64,000 nt of DNA, taken from contig CM052817.1 of assembly GCA_028534125.1 (NCBI GenBank), forward strand, positions 22,508,001-22,572,000, written 5' to 3'. Under the pieces are notes generated by a model that was not told where the DNA came from, did no database searches, and worked only from the letters and a program-made list of their open reading frames with translations. Position 1 is the stretch's first letter. Each line of letters starts with the position of its first letter. This DNA is from Lama glama. Taxonomy: Eukaryota. Positions 1 to 11,923 of the stretch are shown here, piece by piece. The translations under genes were made by a program, and so were the position numbers.

Positions 1-34
1 CACAAATGGATAACCAATGTCAATATGTCTATAC

Positions 35-160
35 ATCTCTATATAATATTAAAATACTTATCACATAGTTTATTTGTGGGGATTAAATTATGCCATGCAT
101 AAACTTCTTGTTACATTCCTTACCACATAGTTAAGTCATGATCAATATTATTGTCATTAA
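35..160 (+). mobile_element. MIR SINE fragment (3' part)
   Basis: 'aaaatacttatcacatagtttatttgtggggattaaattatg...cttaccacatagttaagtcatgatcaatattattg' resembles the MIR 3' half (recalled consensus); heavily diverged. Confidence 0.5.
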
Positions 161-239
161 CGTTATAATTATTTTAAATTACGTCTGTGTTTGGCATGTT
201 GCAACACCTGATCTGAAAGCCATTAATTTTGCCAATATC

Positions 240-440
240 CGAAGTCCTTGGTTTGAGTCTAAGCCCCTCCACATACCGATGTTACGACTACTAGCAAAGG
301 ACTTATTTTCCCTAAGTCTCAGTTTACTGGTTCTAAGTGGGGAAGCGAAGCGTTATTTTTACCTCTCAGTAATTAGAAATGTGTTATAATCCAGAAGGAT
401 ATAGAAGAGTTAAATCAGCATTGTTAATTTATCATTATTA
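240..440 (+). mobile_element. MIR SINE fragment
   Basis: 'ccttggtttgagtctaagcccctccac...acttattttccctaagtctcagtttactgg' follows the MIR head and core. Confidence 0.5.
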
Positions 441-975
441 CCATTTTCCAGGAAATAGTCCCCGTGAAAGTTAATTGGAGCAAGACAAGCAACCAGGTTC
501 TACTACAAAGAGGGTGATGCTCTTTTCCAGTTGTCCAGTGCTTCCTAAGTCACAACTGGATATTCCCCGTAAAGTTAAGATAGGTTTGAAGTAGTATGGT
601 AAGAATAAATGTGTTTTCCGAATGATCTTGGAAATCACTTAATTCTTTTTAAAAGTTCAAGAAGAAATGTGACCAAATTCTGCACACCCTCCCTGATTCA
701 TCTCTGACCATACCGTTCAGTAATGCTTAATCAGCTGAGGTCTTAGTACAAAATTTGTATTATAAGATGTTTTTTAATATTTTACCATCACAGTAATATA
801 TTAAGTTTGTTTGTAGTTCTCTGTAGCTTCAATTGCACAGAAGTGGCTGTGCTTAAGAATAATTCATACTAATACTGGTCCCTGGATTTTATTGCTTAAG
901 TCCTGTTCACAAGTGTGAATGGTAATATTTGATAATATTCATAGCATCACTATTGCTTAAATGCCTCTTGTCACC

Positions 976-994
976 AAAAAAAAAAAAAAAAAAA
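976..994 (+). repeat. poly(A) run (A19)
   Basis: Directly visible mononucleotide run; no flanking TSD seen. Confidence 0.95.
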
Positions 995-1682
995 GAAGTT
1001 ATTTTACCCTCATTGGTAATCAAGGTAGGAAAAATTTAGTCTTAATTTAGGGGAAAATATGCAATAATTTTCTTTGGACACTTTGTTTGAATAAAAAAAT
1101 CAATTATAGATATGAATTTGGAGACCAAGGAATAGATGAAGGTGATCTTTCCCTTCCTTTTTTTTTACCCAGCTCCTCAAAACTTAAATGAAATATTGAT
1201 ATTAAAATCATGTTGTACAGCACTACCAAATTTTCCTGTAATAAAAATGAGAAAAAAACTCAGAACATAATTGCATAAACTCCTTTAGGAAACATTCTAA
1301 CAGTTTACTATGATTGAACTTTTCTATCATCTATAAAATTATTTGAAATCTATTATTATTAAATGTGCAATTTCCATCAACCTGTCAATCATCTTTACTT
1401 AAAAATTGTTTATCAGAATATTTTAAAGACAAAAACATAACTTGCAACAAATCAAACGTCATTTTCACTGAACAGAAAAGTCCTATTATTAGGATGATTG
1501 TGTTGTAGCATTTCTGACTAAGAAGAAATTCACAGACCCTAGGCTGATTTTTTTCTTGGTGCTTTTCTTATCAATAATTACATTTTTTGCTACAACTGAG
1601 TATGCATCATTTTATGTGTCTCTGTCTTAGCAAGACTATTGAGATGAGTGGAGTATTCCATGGGACCAGTATGTGGATAAAG

Positions 1683-1720
1683 TAGATAGACAGACAGACA
1701 GAAAGAAAGAAAGATAGAAA
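1683..1720 (+). repeat. compound tetranucleotide microsatellite (TAGA/CAGA/AAGA)
   Basis: tagatagacagacagacagaaagaaagaaagatagaaa. Confidence 0.85.
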
Positions 1721-1732
1721 ATACGTGGTAAA

Positions 1733-2440
1733 TATATTAGTCAAGGTTCTATCAAAGGATAGAAATCATGTAAGTAATTTGAGCACAAAGATTTTAACAA
1801 AAAATAACTATTAGCTAATAACTATTAATTTAAAAGGGTTAAAGAGCATGCTAAAAGAAAAAAATAATCATAGCAGATATCAGACACTAAGACTGAGGCA
1901 GAATACCTCAAAGCAACAACAGCAACAAAAACAAACTTGGGAGAGGTTTGCCCCCACCCCAAATCAGAGACGGAGACTTCATTGGAAAGGGTGTGTCCAT
2001 AGTCCACTGTTTGATGGAGAAGTTTGCTGAGGAGCCACAATCCAGGATTGCAAAGTGAGAAACTTCCCAATGGGACACTTAATATAAGTCTTAATGAAGA
2101 GCTCTCTGGGGTGCTGAGGAGCCTCACTGAGAAACCTCTCACTCATGTGCCAGCAAGATCTACTGGAAAGCTGCCCACTAGCATAAGGCTGAAACTCACA
2201 GGAAAGCTGTCTATAGGAATGCTATTAAAATTCACTGAAGGATGAGAACCAGTAGGTGTCCAGCCATAGTCTGGCAGTCGTGCACCACAAAAGCAAGAAA
2301 GAAAAGCTTACGGGAACCAGGAAGACAAGTTCCTTCGTCCTGCATTATCTTTCTAGTGCTGTCCAGTGACAAATTCAGTTGTGCCAACTGGTAAAGGAGA
2401 GATGTTTCCAGGTTTACTTATAGAATTGATAGCTGGCACA
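1733..2440. mobile_element. ancient LTR, LTR78/LTR79-like
   Basis: Starts 'tatattagtcaaggttctatcaaaggatagaaatcatg', contains 'tctagtgctgtccagtgacaaattcagttgtgccaactggtaaaggagagatgtt', ends 'aattgatagctggcaca'; matches recalled LTR78/79 motifs; subfamily uncertain. Confidence 0.55.
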
Positions 2441-2809
2441 GTGATATTCCAGCAATTTCAAAAATGTTACCCATAAGGATAGCAAAGAACTCATTTAGGG
2501 GAGAAAAACAGCCAGATGGGTGTAGCTGAAGAGGAATAACAGTACACTATAACTTTATCAAAACTCACTATCTAAACTCAAAATACAAGGCACAATTAAC
2601 CTTTAACTAATCCTTACATCGACCAGTAAATGGCCACATAGATGGTGCCAATTTTCAGGAGTCCCAGTAGTAAGCTTGGAGCGTTTAGCAGACTCCTTCG
2701 TCATTGTAGACCTTCAACTCCTGTGCTTAATCTTCCCCCTGTGATGAGCCTTTAGAAGATTCTGATCACTTGAGACCTGGGCAGCTTAGGGATGGGTGAA
2801 GTCTTTGAA

Positions 2810-3180
2810 AGAAAGTCAGCTCAGATTGTTGGCTTCGTTTCTATGTACTTTGCTTCTCTCTGGTATCCTGACTTCTCAAGTCCTAGGTCATCTTAGATTT
2901 CAGCTTTTGTCTTCTAGTACCATGGAAGGATCTGTTAAGATTATCTGCCTCTTAGAGATAATTTTTGCCCAACATGTCCATGTTAATATTTTCCTTATGA
3001 GTGTTTTTTTTGTCTATGATTTTATACCCTAAGTCCCATAGTCCCATGCCTTACTACCTTTCTCATGCCATTAAAGAGAAGATAGCCTTGTTTTACATTT
3101 TGTTTGTTTCTGTTTTCTAGTTGTTCTCAGCAGGAGTATTGCTCTACTATGTGATGATTCATCATAGCTGGAAGTGGAAA
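2810..3180 (-). mobile_element. old L1 (L1M/L1ME) 5'-end fragment
   Basis: 'ttttctagttgttctcagcaggagtattgctctactatgtgatgattcatcatagctggaagtggaa' resembles the antisense 5' terminus of old L1ME-type elements. Confidence 0.45.
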
Positions 3181-4164
3181 TTCATGAAAATATTTTAAAA
3201 GAAAATGAATTACTTACATGATAACATGGAGTCTATGATTTACAATAAAAATTATTTGCAGAAAGGGCAAAATGAAACTTCTCAAAAGTGTTTCTTTCTT
3301 CCTCTTCTTTATCTCTGTTGATATTAAAGCAGGCTTTTCATCCATGTGGTTTTATAATTTCTATGAGGAAACATGTTGTGTAGCATTCCACCCAAAGCCC
3401 TAAATTCAAAGATAGTACCATTTATCATTCTGTTAGCATCTCTTGTGAAGATCCAGTTTGCTCATATGCTGAGGCAAAGTGTTAGCCTTTACTGAAATAT
3501 AGCAGTAGAGACTGAAACTACTTTTCTAGTGACTTGAACCTCAAGAGATTTTAGTAAATCAAGACTGCCTAAGTCAGGCTAGTCTGTCATAAGAGCAAAA
3601 AGGCATAAACTACTGCATTTACATTATTTTTTTTTTAGAGTTTCTGCTTTCCTGAGTGAGATATTGCTGAATTTCAAGGTTGCTTTTCAGTTAAGTGTGA
3701 CAATGTGGAATATAATCATGCATCCATTTAACAGTGAATCCCTTATTCCAATGACTGTCTTTCCTGTTACTATTTGCACTGTGGTTTCTAGTAAAGATGG
3801 AGAAGATTTTTGTGCTCATGTTGCTACATACTGAGCCAGGGACATAAATTCCATACACATAGAGAACAATTAAAGGCAACACATGAGTGAGGACCAGGCA
3901 GTATAAGTGATGCACTACATTTGCTGAGAATATGGCCAGAATGGCTCCCTATTGTAAACACAAAAATATATATTTAACTTGTATTCAGTTAGCTTATGGC
4001 AGAGGTAAGACACATTCCATACACTATTCGTTTGCTTTTTCCTCTCAAAAACCTGAACTGGGAATTTCTGGCTAAGGGTTTCCAAGAGATTTCAAAGAAA
4101 ACAAACAGCAACATTTATTCACTCAACACATATTTTCATGGGAGAATGCCAGCTTCAGGGCCAC

Positions 4165-4245
4165 GCAGGCTCATTACTGGTAACCAGCTATGTGACCTTG
4201 GTCAACATTCTCAACTCTCTAAGACTCCATTTTTCCATAATGTGA
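4165..4245 (+). mobile_element. MIR core fragment
   Basis: 'taaccagctatgtgaccttggtcaacattctcaactctctaagactccatttttcc' matches the MIR core. Confidence 0.6.
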
Positions 4246-4369
4246 GTGTAGTCCCTTGGCCCCTCCCACCCTGGGGTGCAATTACTCCTATTGTATTTAG
4301 GTTTTACAATTCAGTGAGCACGGTTCTCACTGTAAGGTCTGGCCTACAGTGGTCCATTCAGCCTATTTC

Positions 4370-5540
4370 ATCCAGGTTCAAACACAAGCAACATTAGAGG
4401 GCACAGACATGCTTCAGGAGGTTGAGTCGCTCACAAAGATCACACACTGCCTCTTCCTCACCACACACCTATAGTCCCATTGAGGACTCTGTGACTTTTT
4501 GACAAAAGAGAAAAAAATCTGACTTTATTCATGGGTGGGTTATCTCAGCTGAAAAGTGGATGGCTGGCTACACTACACTACGGCTCCACTCACTTAGGGA
4601 TAGGATTGACAGACAGTGATGAGGGGAAATCCTTTACAGACAAGGTATCTGGGTAGTGCCTCTGACATCTGCTCTCTGTGAAAGATGAAGTAGCCCAAGT
4701 TTGGAATTTATGCAGACTCACAGGCAGTTGCAAATGCTTGGCCTGTTGGCCAGAGACCGGAAAGAAAAAAAAAAGATTGGGAGATAGAAGATATGGTAGA
4801 TCAGCTTGTGGAAGGATAGAAGGATGGACCAGTAGTGGTCACATAGAATGAAGATTGTTTTATTGTATTTTTAATGCCTACCAAAGCTCATCAATCTTTA
4901 GCTCAATACTAAATTACCAAATAGAATGACTCAGCCACTCAGTCAGTCTCTCTCATTGACATCCCAGGACAGGCACAATGGGTTCATGAAAGGAGTAGCC
5001 AAAGGGACAGAACTGTAGGCTATACATGTGCTTCCACTCACCCAGTCTGGTCAAACTGCTGAAACCTTTGAATGACCAATCTTCTAGAACAAAAAATGAA
5101 CATTAAATGACTAGTGTAGCATTTTTCTTCAAGGATATCAACCAATCTTTAGTAATCAACTGATTAAATTGGAACATTTCCATATTGGAATAAGACAGCA
5201 ATTTATTTTCATTGCAATCACCATTTATTCTGCACTTGAATTTGCCTGTTCAGCCCACACCTCTCAATCAGGGCGTGAGTCTCGATCACCCACTGAGGTG
5301 AGCCATCTTGATCACAGAAGTGTTGATAGCTAAGGGTAAGGAGGATTTAATGAGGTGGAGAAGGAAGATGATACGCTGTCTTTAGACCAGCTGCAGGAAA
5401 TGATGCTGTACTTTGTTCCACTAATCTTTGTTCAACTTTTATTTTTTTTTTAACCCAGGAAAAGAGGCCCATCATATGGAAGTAGCTGTTTCCAGGACTC
5501 AAACTAAGAAGGTGAGTCTAAGCAGCATTAGGAGAGGACC
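4370..5540 (+). mobile_element. ERVL-class endogenous retrovirus internal region (ERV3-16A3/ERVL-int-like), decayed pol RNase H to integrase N-terminus
   Basis: Manual translation gives DSDEGKS (ERVL DSGEGKSSQ), IYADSQAVANA (LYTDSWAVANG), QWVHERSSQRDR (QWAHEQSGHGGRD) and QQFIFIAITIYSALEFACSAH (QRFVLTGIDTYSGYGFAFPA) in the expected order, with many frameshifts and stops. Confidence 0.85.
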
Positions 5541-5979
5541 CTCATGTTCTGCTTTGCTGTTCAAGATACACACCTTCCTCTCATATGGGACTGACCTATT
5601 TGTTACTTGCCTGCTCAGAAGGTTATTGTTTACAAGCTCAATGCTCCTAAAAATTGTTTTTTGCTGAAGAGAGTCACCTCTTTGTTCGTGCCTCCTTCCC
5701 CAGTGAGCTCATGTTCAGTAACTGAACAACACAAAATTATAAAGGATTAGTCTTCTTCCTGAAAATTGGGGCAGCTCAGAAGGGCACACTTAGCTTTAGA
5801 GGTTCTCACAGGTTGGCAGAGGTCTTGTTTTAATGGCATTGCTGCCCAATGTCTCCTTCTGCTCAATGTTGTTTCTTCTATTCCTCCATCAACCAAACAT
5901 TGATACAAGAGCACTCCCTAATAAAACTCCTGCACACACATGCCCGTCTCAGCACCTGCTTCTGGGAAAACCTGTGACA
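5541..5979 (+). mobile_element. LTR16-family 3' LTR of the ERVL relic
   Basis: Ends 'gagcactccctaataaaactcctgcacacacatgcccgtctcagcacctgcttctgggaaaacctgtgaca' (LTR16 polyA signal/U5, terminal CA); follows a purine-rich tract 'aggagagga'. Confidence 0.8.
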
Positions 5980-7078
5980 CTTTCCAAATGAACATCTTCT
6001 TATTGATCAGCTATCACAGGATGCCTCAAAACAGGCAATTATTATTCTGGAATGCTTGTTTAAAGCTGATCCATACAGCATGGCATGGAGATCGATGCAG
6101 GGATTTATCTATCTATACAGAAAGTAATGAGGCAAAAGGTAAAAGTTAGTATGCTGGACCAGGCCCACCTGGACAGCCATGAGAAATGCCTAACAAATGA
6201 TGCTTCCTTAATAACTTGGTTATAACTATTTCAATACAGACACATTATAACTCCTCTTGCTAATATTATATTATTTTCTCATTTCAACTAGCATTTGAAT
6301 CATGAGATATTGGGGTCAGTAGGTATTCTACTGAAAACTGCTGAGTTATTGCATTTTCAACTGTCTAGCTTGTCTACAATTGTTATTTACCAATTTTGTT
6401 GCTCTCGCAATTACATGCTATTTAAAATTATTTCAGTGAACAAATCCTTTTTTTATTATAGATGTATATTTCTATTTGAGTAATTTATGGAGAAAGGCAG
6501 TCATAAATTACTTTAATAAAGCTTAAATTAAACTCCAATGGATAATTATTTTTTTGATCAGGTTAAGAAGTGCTATTTCACTGTGAAATGGCTTTTGGCT
6601 CTATAATATTTATGATGAATACTTGCATTTATGCTGAATATTGTCTACCTGACATCATGTATTTGAAATATTTAACCTAATATTTAAAGTATTTAATATT
6701 TATTTTGAACGAAACTGTTGTTTCAGAATTTTTTCAATTTGAACTGTGATTTTTGTGTTAGTGTTTAAGATTACATGACTATCCACCACAAAGCAAAATT
6801 TCCAAAGAGTACATGCAAAGGAGCTCTTTTTCCAGGTATTGGAATTTGTACGGCATATTTTGAATATAAATAGTACTTAGAGAAATTATCCAGAAGACAT
6901 TGGAAAAAGAAGTATTTGGTTTATTCTTATTCTTTGAAATTATTATTATTTGAAAATTCTTAATCTTTTGAAAAAAAAGCCAAAAGTTTACTGTGTAGAT
7001 AGTTTAATCACTAGTGTCAAAAGAGTATTAGAATAATATTTGCACATATATTCCTTTTTTTTTTGCCATACTATCTCC

Positions 7079-7578
7079 NNNNNNNNNNNNNNNNNNNNNN
7101 NNNNNNNNNNNNNNNNNNNNNNNNNNNNNNNNNNNNNNNNNNNNNNNNNNNNNNNNNNNNNNNNNNNNNNNNNNNNNNNNNNNNNNNNNNNNNNNNNNNN
7201 NNNNNNNNNNNNNNNNNNNNNNNNNNNNNNNNNNNNNNNNNNNNNNNNNNNNNNNNNNNNNNNNNNNNNNNNNNNNNNNNNNNNNNNNNNNNNNNNNNNN
7301 NNNNNNNNNNNNNNNNNNNNNNNNNNNNNNNNNNNNNNNNNNNNNNNNNNNNNNNNNNNNNNNNNNNNNNNNNNNNNNNNNNNNNNNNNNNNNNNNNNNN
7401 NNNNNNNNNNNNNNNNNNNNNNNNNNNNNNNNNNNNNNNNNNNNNNNNNNNNNNNNNNNNNNNNNNNNNNNNNNNNNNNNNNNNNNNNNNNNNNNNNNNN
7501 NNNNNNNNNNNNNNNNNNNNNNNNNNNNNNNNNNNNNNNNNNNNNNNNNNNNNNNNNNNNNNNNNNNNNNNNNNNNNN
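7079..7578. other. assembly gap (500 N)
   Basis: Exactly 500 N. Confidence 1.
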
Positions 7579-10500
7579 ACAAACACACAGCATATGTTCT
7601 CCAATATCTCTTATGAGAATGTTTCAAAGTGTTCTTATTTTATTTGTACATCATCTCTCTTTGGAAAAATAGTGCTATTCTGCATATGTTAGGCTTTGGT
7701 TTAGCAGTTTATGATTACAAAATGAAACTTCGGACTTGGAACAAAAACAATTCAGCACTAAGCATTTTTTTTTTTTTTTGGTATCATAGCAGTAGTTTTC
7801 TTTCATCTCTTCAGAAGCTGGTATGACCTGAACAACAGTAACACATTTTAATTCCTTGAAACTCTTTCAACACAAGAAACTGTGGCAGGCAGTGACAATG
7901 TGCAAAACACACTGACAATTCGCTTATGGTTAGAGACATCAATGTTTTATTATGTAATCATTTATCAATGAAATAATGCCAAAATTCAGGCTGAGATAAT
8001 CCACAATTTTGCACATTTAATTTAGTGTCACAGAACAGTTGTGCATGTTGGAATGCTTAGTTACAAGATGATTTATTAGAATTATTTCAAGGCCCCGTGT
8101 TTCTTTTTATGTGTTTTGATGTATAAAGGTAATGGAGTCTAAGATTTAAAGTCAGTGTGAATGCACTTGAATATTCTGACAATGATTTTAAAACTTGAGA
8201 GTTTGTGAATGTCATAGATTTGGATGTATTTTATCACATGTGCTCACAAACTAGATTTAATCTATTCAATGAAAATACTATCCTAAGAGAGCATCCATAT
8301 TTACATACGTGAAAAATGTTAATGCATTGTAGTTTAACAAGCTTATCAAAATTTAGTGTTCATGTAATTTTATATACGTAGGGGTAAAGAGAAGAGGCTG
8401 GAACAGATTGGTACTATTTAAAACTTGGGGAGAGTTTGAAGGTGATCCAGTAGAGTTTCTAATCTGAGCTGACCCATGTCTTTATAATTTAGGGTCCACG
8501 CTAAGAGAAGAAACTAATGCTTTGCACGTACAAAAAGCTCATATTATAGAGCGTATTTTCAAAAGTATGTGTAATTGTATCAAGGAATTTGCATTTAATT
8601 CAAGTACTATTGAAATATGGTGGGAAAACATACATACCTATGTATGACATACATATATGATATGTGTATATAATTTATTCCTAAGCTTCATGTATTTAGT
8701 TACTGTTTCGCAAAATAATATATACTAAGATTTAACTTACGAAAACATGAACAATAGAACACACTTTTTATTATACAGAAAAATTATCAGTGTAATAGGT
8801 TTTGTATATAAAGAGGCTGTGACAGAATCAAGGGAGAAAATAACAGATCCAGCAACTGGAAAGGCTCACACTCTTATTATGTGTACAGTTTCAGTTTGGT
8901 TAGGAAGAAAATGTAATTAGATTGCAGATTAATAAAATCTCATAATGAAATTTAGTTACAAATTTATAATTTAATAAACTGTAGTTGACACTTTAGTTGA
9001 ACAAACAAAAGAAAAGGGGTTTAACTCACTAACGTATCTAAGAGTCAAGGAGGTTGATTTAATCAAGCCCATTTTTTTTTGAAAGACTCATATATGATTA
9101 AAGGGTAGGGAAATGAGCAGAAGGCCATGGATTTTTCATAGCTGTCTGCCCAGAATGGTTAAGGTCATCTTTCACTAATCTATGACTACTTAGGAAATTA
9201 TCTGTTACCTCCCATTTGTTCTGTTCAATGTCTTCAGCAGATGTTTAAAGACAGAAACAAATGAAAAAATATACATTATTAACTTCTGTAAATCTTCACA
9301 GAAAAGTATAAGTAATTTGCACTTTCCTTAAATATTTGCCAAAAGAACATCAGAGGACCTCACAAGAATATATAAGTTACTTTTATTCCCTTTAGATTTA
9401 ATATTTTCCTCTTTTTTTGGTGGTGGGTGGATTTTACCTATAGCTACCATCGATTGGGTCTGTTAAGCAGTGTCAGAAATTACTCCTTTGAATACTTCAA
9501 TGTAGAAAGTTCATTGTTATATTTTATTCTGATAATTATGAAAAATTGAAATTCTTTCTAAAGTAAGTATTTTAGTTGTATATGTACTCTAAGTATGTTT
9601 TAAGTGCTTCATGCATGAACATCTCTGTAAAATATATATTTATACAAATCATTAATAACCTAGTCAAAGGACACATTGAATACTTAAGCATATCACTATT
9701 TATGGAACAATAGAATAGCGAGCATTTGTTCATTTGGTTTAATTTAGTAATTTGTTGTACAGATTCAGTTTTTTCAAGTGGAGAACTGAAGATGTTAAAT
9801 GATTAATCCAAAAATCATCTGTTTTCCTCATGTAGCAGCTCATCTCTGTGCTTCAGAATATTCTTCTTAAGCATCCAGATAATTGCTTTCATAATTCACC
9901 ATATACTGCATGTGTTGCATAGACATCATCTTTTTTAAATAATTCCCAGAAAAACAACTGCTATAATGTTAATTTTTATAGTAATGACCAGAGAGATGAG
10001 CATTCTTCTTAAACTCAGCTTTCTACTTGAATTCTAAGACTATCAAAATACATTAAGAATTGCATTTTACTTAATATGTTTATGACTGCTGTTTTAGTAA
10101 GTCATTGAAAAAGAGATCATCAATTTATGAATGCTATATATATTTATCCTCCAGTTCTCACAACTCAGCAAAAAAATAAAGGCTAAAAGTAATGTCAAAG
10201 AAACTGTGGTAATATAACATTTTAAATTAATATCTGGAACATTTTAGATATTAAAGAAAATTAATTTTAGAATTCTAATTCATCTTGGAACTACTTGGTA
10301 GTTTATACTTGGTATAATTATATTTGGTATAATCCAAACATCTTCTTATTTTTCCAAAAAAAATTCCATTAAAATATATATCTTAAATGTTTTATCCATA
10401 GTAACATTACTTTAAGGTTTAGATACCATTTAACTGTCAAAATGGAATGCATTATATGTTAGATCTATTAATGCATATCACATCCTATTGTATTTAATTA

Positions 10501-10721
10501 GGCAATGTATAACTAACATCTATTGTTTTGATTTTCTCTAATATTCACACTTAGGAGTTCTGAATAAAGAATCCAGGTTATAAAATCTACAGTAATAATT
10601 TAGGATTTGGGAGCTAGTGTTTGTCCTCCACTATTTCCTATTTAAAGTCACCTGCATTCTTTCCCCTTCCCCCAGCCACCAGTAACACCTAATAGTACCG
10701 GAATGTTCTGGGCAAAATCTT

Positions 10722-11923
10722 TTTTTTCCTCCAGTTTTATTGTGTAGAATTATTATAGTTTGACTTTACATACATATTATATTGCATGTAAATACATATG
10801 TACAGTATATTGCACATTTTTTTAGTTTTCATATATGTACTAATTATTGTTTCAAAGAATAGATTAGATATTTAGCTTTTTAAACTTACATAGTTATCAA
10901 AGGAATAAAGCCAACTACTAAATAAGAATCAACAGAATGCAGTAACCTCATCATAAAGGACAGTCAAATGTGCTTAGACATATTCAAGAAATCAAAATAA
11001 TAATTAATTCATTTGTGTTCCTACTATTATTATTATTATTTTTTAGATTCTTCATATAAATGATGTCATATGGCATTTTTCTTTCTCTTTCCAGCTTCAC
11101 TTTGAATGACAGTCTTCAGGTCCATCCATATTGCTGCAAATGGCATTATTTTATTCTTTTTTATGGCTGAGTAGCATTCCATTGTATATATGCACCACAT
11201 CTTCTTTATCCAGTATCTGTTGATGGACATTTGGGGTGTTTTGCTGTTTTGGCTATCATAAATAGTGCTGCTATGAACATTGGGGTGCATGTATATTTTT
11301 GAATTTTATTTTTCTATGGGTATATGCCCAGGAGTGGGATTGCTGGATCATGTGGTAAGTCTATTTTCAGATTTTTAAGGAACCTCCATACTGTCCTCCA
11401 TAGTGGCTGCACCAATCTACACTCCCACCAGCACTGTAGGTTTCCCTTTTCTCCACAACCTCTCCAGCATCTATCATTTGTAACTTTTCAATGCTGGCCA
11501 TTCTGGCTGGTGTGAAATGATATCTCATTGTAGTTTTGGTCTGCATTTCTCTGACAATTAGTGATGCTGAGTATTTTTTCATGTGCCTATTGGCCATCTG
11601 TATGTGTTCACTGGAGAATTGTTTTTTCAGGTCTTCTGCCCATTTTTGGATTGGGCTGCTTGTTTTTTTGATATTAAGGTGTATAAGCTGTTTGTATACT
11701 TTGGAAATTAGTCCCTTGTCAGTCACATCATTTGCAAATATTTTCTCCCATTCTGTAAGTTGTCTTTTCGTTTTGTTGATGGTATCCTTAGCTGTGCAAA
11801 AGCTTTTAAGATTAATTAGATCCCATTTGTTTATTTTTGCTTTTAAGTCCAATACTTCAGGAGCTGGTTCAAAAAATATATTGCTGTAATGTACGTCTGT
11901 GAGTTTTCTGTCTATGTTTTCCT
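10722..11923 (-). mobile_element. 5'-truncated LINE-1 (relatively young, artiodactyl-type) with TSD
   Basis: ORF 11367-11852 ([38 protein letters not shown]...[11 protein letters not shown]) is the L1 ORF2p C-terminus, continued after a frameshift in 11066-11290 (WIKKMWCIYTMECYSAIKKN). TSD tgttctgggcaaaatctt (10704-10721) / tgttctgggcaaaaactt (11924-11941), 17/18 identical. AATAAA plus A-tract on the minus strand at 10722-10742. Confidence 0.95.

Noticed and set aside
2631..2650. CTCF-like motif tggccacatagatggtgcca (also a half-site agggggcagta near 28190)
   Set aside because: Needs an insertion or several mismatches in the core; not supportable without ChIP data.
6988..7692. Long ORFs of 177-210 aa (also 62338-62905)
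   Set aside because: Artefacts of translating through 500-N gaps.
10292..10335. Degenerate 14-15 bp triple repeat (tacttggta...)
   Set aside because: Ordinary short slippage duplication in AT-rich DNA.
11367..11852. 161-aa ORF as a host gene
   Set aside because: It is the L1 ORF2p C-terminus inside a 5'-truncated, frameshifted L1.
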